Assembly: GCA_951406725.2 (NCBI GenBank)
Contig: OX597831.1
Coordinates: forward strand, 3,658,001 to 3,722,000
Origin: Octopus vulgaris
Lineage: Eukaryota
DNA length: 64,000 nt
Direction of reading: 5' to 3'
The notes under the pieces were generated by a model. The model ran no database searches. It was not told the origin of the DNA and saw nothing but the letters and a program-made list of their open reading frames with translations. Every line of letters starts with the position of its first letter. Position 1 is the stretch's first letter. The translations under genes and the position numbers were made by a program. Below, one piece after another: positions 53,148-64,000 of the stretch.

Positions 53148-53741
53148 GTAGGATCACACAGGTTCACCAGTATATTTGTGTAATTTATACATTTGTCAAC
53201 TTTGCTGCCTCATCGTTGGCGTCATCGTCCTCCTCCTCCGTCTCTTTCTTGTTGTTTATGCCTACATGTTTTGTTTCTTAGATTTTCTGATCATATTCTT
53301 CGGTCTGTTAAATTTAATTAATTTTGTTAACCCTTTCATTACTGTATTTCTGTTGAGATGCTCTGTGTTTCTTTCAATTAATTTTAAATATAACAAAGAA
53401 TTTAGTAAAATAACTTAGTTACTATCATTCAGCTAGTGTTAGGAACATAAATTGTGACTAAGGTTTGGTGAAAGATTTTAATTCAAAACTTATGAAAACA
53501 AGACATTTGTACTACAGAGCCAAGGCCGGTTTTGGCCGGGCTGGTAACGAAAGGGTTAATGTGTCTAATAATGCAGGGCATTATCCTGATTATGGTATCA
53601 AGTGTAATTGTGGTACCTAGTATTCCCTTAGTGTAATTGTTAACATTAGTAAAGACTTTTGCTGTCACAGACTTCCACAAGTTTTGTTTCTATTTACCTA
53701 TTTACCATAGTCTACTGTATCGTTCCCACTGTCTGTTTCAG

Positions 53742-53873
53742 GCTTCTCTGGAGGTCATACCAGTTGATAATGCTGACCTCTGGTGGGCAGGTAAGCAGTT
53801 GCTACGTGGTAAAAAGCTGAAGGATTATATCGGCAATAACGAGAAGACGAAAATTATTGCCAAATTACAAAAG
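53742..53873 (+). CDS. CFAP298: CFAP298 coding exon 5
   Basis: Encodes ASLEVIPVDNADLWWAGKQLLRGKKLKDYIGNNEKTKIIAKLQK. tttcag acceptor, gtaaac donor, 132 nt. Confidence 0.95.
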
Positions 53874-54604
53874 GTAAACGTTTTTTTCTTTTACATCACT
53901 TTGGTAGTTTGTAGTGGTTGTAAAGGATGAGGTGACAGTTGTTGTTTTGTAGTGGTGGTGTGTTGGTACTTGCTGCAGTGTGATAGGGGCCGTTGTGTTG
54001 TGGCGTTGTAATAGTTTGTTGGTAGCTGAGTGGTGTTGACTCAGATGCAATGTAAAGGGGAATATCTGTTCAGACTGTATTTTGCCCGTTGCTGAGTTCA
54101 TATTCTACTGAGGGTGACATTGCCTTTTGGAGTTGATAAAATAAGTACCAGCTGTGCACTGGGGTCAGTGTAATCAACTTATTCCTTCCCTACAAAATTG
54201 GGCCTTGTGCCTATTATCATCATAAACTTACCATTGGAACTCCAAAATCAGGACGTAATAGAGCAAAACTGTGTAAAAATTCGTGCTCATGTTACCTAGA
54301 ACTGTGAAATCTTATTCAATAGACAAAATATTGAAATTTGTTCCCCAGTTCTATAGAACGGATTATTATTACTATAGTGAGCCGGCAGAATCTTTAACAC
54401 ATTGACAAAGTGCTTAATGGCATCTTGTTCCTCTTTATGTTCCATGTTCAAATTCTTCTGAGGTCTGTTTTGCCTTTCATCCTTTGAAAGTTGATGAATT
54501 AAATATCAGTTAAGCACTAGGGTCCATGAAATCGACTGGTCCCCTTTTGAAAATAAATATTTGTAAGTTGGTTTCTTTCTTTCTTTCATTTTGTAACCCA
54601 CTAG

Positions 54605-54700
54605 CTTGGACAAGGTGCCCCAGGTCGTGAACCTGTGGTCAGTGAGCAGGAACAAAAGGAGATGATGGCCTATTATTACAGAAAGCAAGAAGCAGCAAAG
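54605..54700 (+). CDS. CFAP298: CFAP298 coding exon 6
   Basis: Encodes LGQGAPGREPVVSEQEQKEMMAYYYRKQEAAK. actag acceptor, gtaaat donor, 96 nt. Translated by hand. Confidence 0.93.
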
Positions 54701-55379
54701 GTAAATTGAACCAGAAACCCTTTTTTTTTTATTGTTTTATTTGTTCTTTTCATTTTCGTGTCCAATCCGTCAATCCACACAAGCTTCATCTATCATCATC
54801 ATCATCATCATGTGTCCATTTTCCGTGCTGGCATTGGACGGTTTGACCAGAGCTGGTAAGACCAGGTGGGGATTGATAAAATAAGTACCAGCTGTGCACT
54901 GGGGTCAATGTAATCAACTTATTCCTTCCCCACAAAATCGGACCTTGTGCCTATTATAATCATAAACTTACCATTGGAACTCCAAAATCAGAGCAAAACT
55001 GTGTAAAAATTTGTGCTCAGCACACCCACGTTACCTAGAACTGGGAAATCTTATTCAATAGACAAAATATTGAAATTTGTTCCCCAGTTCTATAGAAAGG
55101 ATTATTATTATTATTATTATAGTGAGCCGGCAGGATCTTTAACACATTGACAAAGTGCTCAATGGCATCTTGTTCCTCTTTATGTTCCATGTTCAAATCC
55201 ACCAATCCACACAAGCTTCATATATCATCATCATCATCATCATATGTCCATTTTCCGTGCTGGCATTCGACGGTTTGACCAGAGCTGGTAAGACCAGGGG
55301 CTGCACCAGGTTCCATTCGTTGTCTGTTCTGGGCATACCTTCTACGACTAGATGCCTTTCGTAATGCCAACCAGTGCTT

Positions 55380-55651
55380 TTAATGTGGAACCAGCACTGG
55401 TACCGATTCTGTTGTGGCAGACGGGGTTTTCTTGAGTTCAGCAAGGCACCAATATCTCAGTTCTTAGTCATTTCCTTCATAAGGCTCAGTGTCTTGAGAT
55501 CAATCTTCAATGCATCATCCCATGTCTTGCTGGGTCTCCCTCTCCCACCAGTTCCATCCATTTTAAGTGACCAGCACTTCTGTGTACATCTGTCTACATC
55601 CATACACATCCCATGACCAAACCAGCACAGTCTTCTCTCTTTTACACTCAT
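55380..55651 (-). mobile_element. RTE-type LINE 3' fragment
   Basis: RRLCWFGH...GRGRPSKTWDDALKIDL, a typical RTE C-terminus. Confidence 0.75.
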
Positions 55652-55779
55652 CAGAGAGAGAAAGAAAGAGTGAGAGAGAGAGGCAGACAGAGGGCGCTGC
55701 GGTGAATAAACTGTCGTCTAAATTACGCAAAAATGAAAATAGCACTGGCATCTTATTTTAACAGATATATTTACCAAAA

Positions 55780-56113
55780 TTAAATTAAAATACCTTGAAA
55801 TACTAAAGAGTAAATTTATTCATTAAAATCACCTTTGGCTTCAACCATGGTCTCCAGACTCTTCTGGACGGTCTCCTTGTTTAAGGTGGTGAATGCTGCC
55901 ATAATCCTTGCCTTCAGTTCATCTTTGGTGTTACAAGGAGTTTTGTTGGTCTCTCACTCAACTGCACCCCACACATAACAATCAAGGAGGTTGCAATCTG
56001 GGGAGTTATGAGGATGTCAGGGGTGATGTGGTTGCAGAAATTATCTGACAGCCACGACTGGGTTCTCCTGCTTGTGTGGCATGGTGCAGGGTCCTGTTGC
56101 CAGACAGAGGGTC
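55780..56113 (-). mobile_element. Tc1/mariner transposase C-terminal remnant
   Basis: Minus strand reads WQQDPAPCHTSRRTQSWL, then frameshifted NSPDCNLLD..VWGAVE.ETNKTPCNTKDELKARI. Confidence 0.75.
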
Positions 56114-56715
56114 TTAGATGTTGTCATTTAACATTCAATCTTCAATGCTTGCATGGCTCAGATAGAATTTGTGTGACAAAAGTTTTCAATTCTGCAAACA
56201 CTTCCTGATCCCCATACTCAGCTGTTTCCAAGCAAGACAGTAATTTCCCATGGTCAAAAGACTGGAAATGAACAGCACCGCTCGTATGACAGGGATGTTC
56301 GTTTACATCCATCATGTGGCATTAAGACAAGAGCACACAGAAATACAGGCATGCACACACACACACATATATGTATGTATACGCAATAGGCTTCTTTTAG
56401 TTTCCATCTACCAAATCCACTAAGAAGGCTTTGGTCAGCTCAGTGTTGTAGTAGAAAATATTTGCTTAACGTGCCACACAGTGGGATTGAACCTGAGATC
56501 ACATGGTTGGCAAACAAGCAACCTATCCATGGCCCTTTGGCTGGAGCTAGTAAAAGTATAATCACATGAAACTTTATAATCTTATGTTGGCGTTAGGAAG
56601 GGCATCCAGCCGTAGAAACTCTGCCAGATCAGACTGGAGCCTGGAGCAGCCCCTGGCTTCCCAGACCCCGGTCAAACCGTCCAACCCGTGCTAGCGCGGA
56701 AAACGGACGTTAAAC

Positions 56716-56759
<44 letters not shown>

Positions 56760-56933
56760 CTATTAATGAAGGCATCTTCACCAAAGAAACAAGCTTAGCA
56801 TCAAGGGACATAATTCGTGTTCCTTTTTTTTGACATAACAATTTATAAGTTATCTCCCTCTTGAAAACACACACACACACACGCATACACACACACATTA
56901 AATGCGTACATATAAGCACACACAAACATAAAT

Positions 56934-56977
<44 letters not shown>

Positions 56978-59247
56978 CATATACGCACAGACATTAATGC
57001 ATGCATATATATACACACACATACACAAACAAATGCGCTTCTATATATGCATACACAAAAAACGAATGTACACATCCATGCACATGCACACACAGTCGTT
57101 CCCTTCCACGGGTTCTTCCCATGTAGATTTTCTTTTCCTGCTACATTATCCAACATGTAATCCTGCCCACACATCACGTGTTCATACCAACTCAGTCTTT
57201 CCTCTGCTACACTACAACCGATTCCTATTTCACCCTCTTCTTTTCTCAGCTCATTTCTGTTTCTCCATTCATAAATACTAACATTACATGTACAGGACGC
57301 AGGAGTGGCTGTGTGGTAAGTAGCTTGCTAACCAACCACATGGTTCCGGGTTCAGTCCCACTGCGTGGCATCTTGGGCAAGTGTCTTCTGCTATAGCCCC
57401 GGGCCGACCAAAGCCTTGTGAATAGGCAATACATTTGACAATGTAATCTGGACACTAAAGGGTTAATGTCATAAATGGTGCAGGAGTAGCTGTGTGGTAA
57501 GTAGCTTGCTAACCAGCCACATGGTTCCGGGTTCAGTCCCACTGCGTGGCATCTTGGGCAAGTGTCTTCTGCTATAGTCCCGGGCCGACCAAAGCCTTGT
57601 GAATAGGCAATACATTTGACAATGTAATCTGGACACTAAAGGGTTAATGTCATAAATGGTGCAGGAGTAGCTGTGTGGTAAGTAGCTTGCTAACCAGCCA
57701 CATGGTTCCGGGTTCAGTCCCACTGCGTGGCATCTTGGGCAAGTGTCTTCTGCTATAGTCTCGGGCCGACCAAAGCCTTGTGAGTGGATTCGGTAGACGG
57801 AAACTGAAAGAAGCCTGTCGTATATATGTACATATATATATATATGTATGTATGTGTATATGTTTGTGTGTCTGTGTTTGTCCCCCTAGCATTGCTTGAC
57901 AACCGATGCTGGTGTGTTTACGCCCCTGTCACTTAGCGGTTCGGCAAAAGAGACCGATAGAATAAGTACTGGGCTTACAAAAGAATAAGTCCCGGGGTCG
58001 ATTTGTTCGACTAAAGGCGGTGCTCCAGCATGGCCGCAAAAGGAGTAAAAAGAAAGAGTGGACCATGCTTTCCTCAATTTGTTTTGTCTTTTTCCTGTCT
58101 TTGCACTTCCTCCACCCTCAATACCCGTCTTTCTTTCATTACCTTGCAGCATTTATATATTTCATTCAAACCTATGCAATGCTTTATTAAATCCCTTTGC
58201 TATTATTACCGATTCATTGTCACTTTTCCCTCCAAATGAGTAGCCATGTGCTTCCTCTGCTACAAGAACCTGCTCTGCCCCAAACCCCCTCCTCTTTTCC
58301 CTAACTCCCTCTTCTGCCACAACCACCTCCTCTCATACCTTAACCCTCGTTCTTTTGCATAAAGCTGCTCCACCCCTTTGGCCTTTGCAGTCTTGCGAGC
58401 TACATGGTGGTCTCAATAGTGTTGGGAGCATGAAATAGAAGCACCCAGTGCATTCTGTTAAGTGGTTGGGCATCCAGCCATAGGAACCATGCCAAGTAAA
58501 CCCTGGAGTACAATGAAGTCCTTGGATTCACCAGACCCTATCAAACCATCCAGTGCCTGCCAGCATGGAACATGGATGTGAAATGATGATGATGGTGATG
58601 AGTTAGAGATTCTTGTTTGAAACCTTGCTGCAGATATTATTGGATAAGTGGCAATAAAGTTGCACACGGTACTTATGTCTCTGAGTATGCAAAACAGTGA
58701 TGGCACCTCTTGATTGTTTTATATACAGTCAGGAAAAAAGCATGTACAAAGCACCCAGTCCACACTGTGAAGTGGTTGGCATTTGGAAGGGCATCCAGGA
58801 ATGTAAACATACCAATTCTGGCTGTCAAGTGGTGATGGGGGACAGAGACACAAGGATACACGCACATACATATATATATTTATATTTATATATGACGGGC
58901 TTCTTTCCGTTTCCATTTACCAAATCCACCAACACAAGGCTTTGGTCAGTCCGAAGCTATATTAGAAGACATTTGCTCAAGGTGCCACATAGTGGGATTG
59001 AACCTGGAACCATGTGGTTGGGAAGCAAGCTTCATACTATACAGCCTGCCTGCACCTATGTATTGTAGAAGTATAACCCAGCTTATTGCACATAAATTTT
59101 AATAGCAAAATAGTATACGGAGCCCTAAGGGTCATGTGGACCCCAGTTGATAACCACTGATCTACACAGTCTGTCTATTCAATCGACAACTGCATACCAT
59201 TTGTCTATCCTATCCAGTAGACATCTATATATATATATATGTATATA

Positions 59248-59796
59248 CTAGCAGCTAAGCCTGGTTTCACCCGGCCTGTTTGGATGATGTGGCTGTGATC
59301 GTCTTTGGTTAGGCATATGTGAATGAAAATTAAGTTCAGACCTGTACATGGTAGCTAGACCTGGTAGAAATAGCAGGCAAATCTCCCTCAAAACACCCTA
59401 CTGTCTTAATCCGACAATTCTGCCTATTATGTAGTTTGATTGAGAAACTGTAACTAAAGATTAAGATTATTAACCCCACAAAGAGGTGAAAGAAGAGAGC
59501 GAAAGTTTTGGCTGACTGTCATCCTGTACTTCCTTTGCTAGCGAAATGGTACATGCCAACTGTGTGAGCAACTGGTTGTTTTAATGGCGGAACAAATGGG
59601 AATTCCATTAGAAAAAGTTTTAATCGATTTTCTCGGTAAGTATGGGTGCTAAGAAAAAAATACAAACCGCATTCCAATCTATGCACCCGTCTCCACATGT
59701 GTGCCATTTTTCACATGAATCCACCCAGCCATTTAGCTGTGAACCTCAAGACAAGAAAGAATACAACGATCGCCCATGTTTGATTTATATTATAGA
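59248..59796 (-). mobile_element. Non-autonomous Helitron-type element
   Basis: On the minus strand: tctataatataaa...ccgggtgaaaccagg...gCTAG. Confidence 0.55.
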
Positions 59797-59881
59797 TATA
59801 CACTGTTATGTCTGTACAAGAAGCTATTCTGATGTAACTGTTTCTTTTTATACTGACCATTCTTTGTTTCTCATTCAACAG

Positions 59882-59983
59882 AAATTAGCAGCAGATGATG
59901 AAGATTCTTTTTTAAATTCCGAATGGGCTGACAATCAAATGCTGAAGAAGAAATTTCAGGGTCTGACCAACATCAGGTATTAG
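59882..59983 (+). CDS. CFAP298: CFAP298 terminal coding exon 7
   Basis: Encodes KLAADDEDSFLNSEWADNQMLKKKFQGLTNIRY*. caacag acceptor. The seven exons sum to 864 nt (287 aa + stop), in frame throughout. Confidence 0.9.
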   Translation, partial: KLAADDEDSFLNSEWADNQMLKKKFQGLTNIRY

Positions 59984-60023
59984 GCTGTGGGAAGAAGTTG
60001 TAAAGTTGTAAATTATATCACTG

Positions 60024-60029
60024 AATAAA
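60024..60029 (+). terminator. Probable CFAP298 polyadenylation signal AATAAA
   Basis: AATAAA about 40 nt after the stop, followed by ATTAAA and T-rich sequence. Confidence 0.5.
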
Positions 60030-60269
60030 CTTTATATTTTCATTTGTATTAAATCTTTGTATTAATTAACTAAAATCATATGTTTAATGTAATATTCTTC
60101 TTCATTATTATTGTTGTTGTTTAAGGCAAGGTACTGGAAGAATCGTTAGCATGCCAGGTAAAATGCTTAGTGGTATTTCGCCTTACTGTTCTATATTTAA
60201 GAGATTAGGAATTATGTACATTATTTACATTTCAATTGATGGATATTCGTCCTCATCTTGATTGTTGTT

Positions 60270-60315
60270 AACACAACGTTTCAGCTGATATACCCTCCAG
60301 CCTTCTTCAGGTGTC
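60270..60315 (-). ncRNA. Minimal type I hammerhead ribozyme motif
   Basis: Minus strand: GACAC-CUGAAGA-A-GGCUGG(agggtata)UCAGCU-GAAA-CG-UU-GUGUU. Stem I GACAC/GUGUU, 6-bp stem II, stem III reduced to the palindrome ACGU. Confidence 0.7.
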
Positions 60316-60362
60316 TTGGGGGAATTTCGAACCTGGGTTCTTATTCCTAAGGTATTTTTCGA

Positions 60363-60409
<47 letters not shown>

Positions 60410-61488
60410 GGTCACTGCCTGGAATTGAACTTGGAATGTTGAGGTTAGTAGCCTGTGCTCTTAACCCCAAGATTCCAAGTTCGATTCCAGAATAATAATA
60501 ATAATAATAATTATAATAATAACAACATCAAAAAATACCTTAGGAATAAGAACCCAGATTTGAAATTTCCCCAAGACACCTGATGAAGGCTGGAGGGTAT
60601 ATCAGCTGAAACGGTGTGTTAACAACAAACAAGATGACAAATATCCGTCAATTGTACATAATGTAAATAAGGTATTTTGCCTGTCTTTTTGTTCTGACTT
60701 CAAATTCCACCAAGGTCAACTTTGCCTTTCATCCTTTCATCAGCATTGCATCTCAAAAGAGAGTTAGGTATGTTTTTGGTTAAATGTAATTCTTGTAGTT
60801 AAAAGTAGTTAAGAGAAGTTATTTAAATTAAGTGAAGAGTGTCAACTGTGTGTATTTAGATAACATGTGTAACAAAACTAGAATTTTTTTTGTCTTTGGT
60901 CAGTAAGTGTTATTTCCTATTTGCTTCTATGTAGAAATCAAAGGAAATGACTAAAATTCCCTTCAAACTTTGCTTTTGTGATCTGGACATCAAGGTTTTG
61001 AAACTGATTCATTTTCCATTACATCTCAGAGAGATTCAGCGCTGAATTGGTGAAGCAGAAATACTGTTATAGTAAATATTTTGCTCAATATTGCAGATTT
61101 GCTTGTCAGTTGCTTGACCTTAACCACTTGACCATGTCCCTTAGTGACTGACAATATGTGCATCTCTGATCATGAGCAGGAGTAGTGGGGGGGCGAGCAT
61201 CATAGCCACGTGTTGAAAGGAATTCTTTGGGGGTTTGAATAAATATATAACAAAAGCTAAGTTTGAAGGAAATATTAGCCATTTTCCGTACTTTCTAGGG
61301 ATTAGCAAACAGGAAATAACAGTAGCTACCCAAGTTGCTATCATCTCTAGGACTAAGTATGGTGATGCAAACAGGAGAAGTAGAACTCAAAATATGAATA
61401 CAGGCATATTTTTATTAATATTTAGCAGAAGCAACAGAGTGACTCAAGGTTTCATATGTTGGACCTTGATTCACTCTGTTCTGTTAAA

Positions 61489-61880
61489 TCTCTCTATATA
61501 TAAAGCTGAAGTTGTCTGTGTATGGCAGGTTTGGTAGCCTTCAACTAACACTATCTCCTCTGAGACTCTGCGACCCAAGTTGACCAAAATTGAGAGTATG
61601 ATAGAAGAAGGCTTGCTCTTCCTTTGTAAAAGAAAAAATTTCAAATCGGACCATGTTAACACCAAAAATCATTTACATCAAAAAGGTGCTTTTTTTCTGT
61701 GAAAATCCCTATTTTTTACGATTTTTTGACTACTGTGTCGCCATTTTTTGGTGTATTTCAACCAGGAAAATGTTCACTTAAAGAGAATAACAAGCTACAT
61801 AATGCAAAATTTTTACTTTTCAAAAATTCCAATTCTAAAGGGTCGAAACAAACCCGAGCAACACCGGGCGATACTGCTAG
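61489..61880 (+). mobile_element. Non-autonomous Helitron-type element
   Basis: tctctctatatataaagctgaagttgt...cccgagcaacaccgggcgatactgCTAG|t, with ends similar to 38853-39252. Confidence 0.75.
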
Positions 61881-62929
61881 TATTAATAAAAATAACTGTA
61901 GGACTGAGGGGCAGTTTACACCAAGCAACACTTTTATGGGGCTGACCCTTTTGGGTCTGTTGTATAAGACTATATAACCTTGTGAGCCTACAGTAGTGAT
62001 TCATTAAACCAGGTAAATTGGATTTTCATATAGTTTTAAATAGGCGCAGGAGTGGCTGTGTGGTAAGTAGCTTGCTTACCAACCACATGGTTCTGGGTTC
62101 AGTCCCACTGCGTGGCACCTTGGGCAAGTGTCTTCTACTATAGCCTCGGGCCGACCAAGGCCTTATGAGTAGATTTGGTAGACGGAAACTGAAAGAAGCC
62201 TGTCGTATATATGTATCATCATCATCATCGTTTAACGTCCGTTCTCCATGCTAGCATGGGTTGGACGGTTCGACCGGGGATCTGGGAAGCCAGAAGGCTG
62301 CACCAGGCTCCAGTCTTATCTGGCAATGTTTCTACAGCTGGATGCCCTTCCTAACGCCAACCACTCCGTGAGTGTAGTGGGTGCTTTTTACGTGCCACTG
62401 GCACAGGGGCCAGGCGAGGCTGGCAACGGCCACGGTTGGATTGGTGTATTTTATATATATAAGCAAGGAAAAATTGTAAAAAAGCAGAATGCTAAATTGA
62501 AAGATAGAATAAGTGCCAGACTTAAATAATTAAGTACTGGGATTGATTTGTTCAACTAAACCCTACAAAGTGGTGCCCCAACATGGCCACTGTCCAATGA
62601 CTGAAGCAATGATAGAAGCTAAAAGATGCAAAGTGCACATACAGCCAAAACGATTGGTTTCAAATTTTGGCACAAGGCCAGCAACTTTGAGGGAAGGGGG
62701 TAAATCTATTACATCGACCCCAGTGCTCAACTGGTACTTATTTTATTGACCCCCAAAAGGATGAAAGGCAAAGTTGAACATGGAAGATGGATGAAACGCC
62801 TCTAAGACTTTGGCTTGGTGTGCCTACGATTCTGCCAGCTCACTGCCTTGTATGTTTCTAAATACTGGTTTCAAATTTTGGCACAAGTCCAGCAATTTTG
62901 GGGGAAGGTGTTAAGTCAATTATATCACA

Positions 62930-63462
62930 CTGGAGTCAATACAGTATAAAAGTTGTCCCTATTGTCATGGGAGCATTGGGCTAAATACCACCCAACCTGA
63001 AAAAAACATCTGGAAACTTTACAAATACTTACAATCTATGTGTATTGCAAAAGTCAGCATTACTTGGAATTGCATGCATATTGTGTAAAGTACTGTCTGT
63101 CTGAGGTCCTTGCTGTGACTTCACAGACAGTACAAACCTCCAGTATATACAATATCTTCAATCAACAACATAGTGATATTGGATACTGTGTGATGTCTTA
63201 AGTAATAATGATGAAGGTTGTGGCCAATGAGGAGAGCAGATGTGATACCAATAATAATTGGCACACTTGGAAGTATCAGCACTCAACTACCAAACGCAAA
63301 AGTAGAACACCTACAGAAATCAACATTGCTTGAAACTGCCAGAATTCTTCGCAGGGTTCTTGAAGCATAACCAGTAAACAAGTGTCACCTTAGTCTGCTG
63401 GCTGTGGACAGCTGATGCTTTCCATCATACCCAGCAAAAGAAGGTGAGAGTTTTCATCAAAT
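62930..63462 (+). mobile_element. Two tandem R4/Dong-type 3' fragments
   Basis: VVPIVMGALG...LQKSALLGIA.IL.KVL, then IIIGTLGS...LQKSTLLETARILRRVLEA*. Separated and followed by AAT runs. Confidence 0.7.
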
Positions 63463-63630
63463 AGTAATAATAATCCTTTCTACTAAAGGCACAAGGCCTG
63501 AAATTTGGGGAGATGGGACTAGTCGATTACATCCTTGGTGAAATTTGAACTCAGAACTTGAAGATTGTTGAAATGCGACTAAGAATTTTGCCTGGCATGC
63601 TAATAGTTCTGCCAGCTTGCTGCTTTAATA

Positions 63631-63667
<37 letters not shown>

Positions 63668-63696
63668 TAATTCTGGTTTTCTCTTTTTAATAATTT

Positions 63697-63728
<32 letters not shown>

Positions 63729-64000
63729 TAATTCTGGTTTTCTCTTTTTAATAATTTTTAATAATAATAATAATAATCATAATAACAAGAGCACTCAGAG
63801 AGAGCAAACCTTCACCAAGTCAACATCAACATCCTCTCAATGATTAGCTAGAAATGATTTTTAAAATGTGAATTTCTGAAATAAATTTGACTGCTCTCAC
63901 AAACGAGAAAACGAAAATTGAACCTGACCACTTTCCAAAATTAAGTAAAAAACAGGAAAAATAATCCAGAATCCTTGCCTAATACTGGATCAATCCCAGA

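Noticed and set aside
59975-59983. AG|GTATTA as a donor to a further exon restoring a W-R-P-like C-terminus
   Set aside because: The in-frame stop gives a near full-length protein, poly(A) signals follow closely, and no downstream exon is evident.

Overview
Eukaryotic, AT-rich, repeat-saturated genomic DNA. The SINE families and microsatellite load suggest an octopus or other coleoid cephalopod (inference). There is one clear host gene, a + strand CFAP298 (C21orf59/Kurly) orthologue. It has seven GT-AG coding exons (45272-59983, 287 codons plus stop), a probable non-coding first exon near 33 kb and RFX X-box motifs. A separate intronless 96-aa CARD-like ORF lies at 1413-1703. The rest is mobile DNA: a near full-length CR1-type LINE plus two fragments, stacked R4/Dong-type elements in (AAT)n tracts, two Penelope-like elements, an internally deleted Gypsy, Helitron/hAT/Merlin/piggyBac-type non-autonomous elements, a Tc1/mariner remnant, many tRNA-SINEs and large microsatellites. 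The most unusual signals are: (1) a G_GGA_AAC slippery heptamer joining ORF1 to an AUG-less, -1-frame ORF2 in two diverged CR1 copies; (2) a tRNA-headed element carrying a minimal hammerhead ribozyme, present as an inverted pair; (3) an unspliced pre-tRNA-Lys fused to a SINE tail inside one TSD; (4) a Penelope element with an extra upstream ORF whose ORF1/RT overlap is amplified about 8-fold; (5) a Merlin-like MITE sharing its interior with the CR1 5' region. All calls were made by eye without database searches, and repeat boundaries are approximate.
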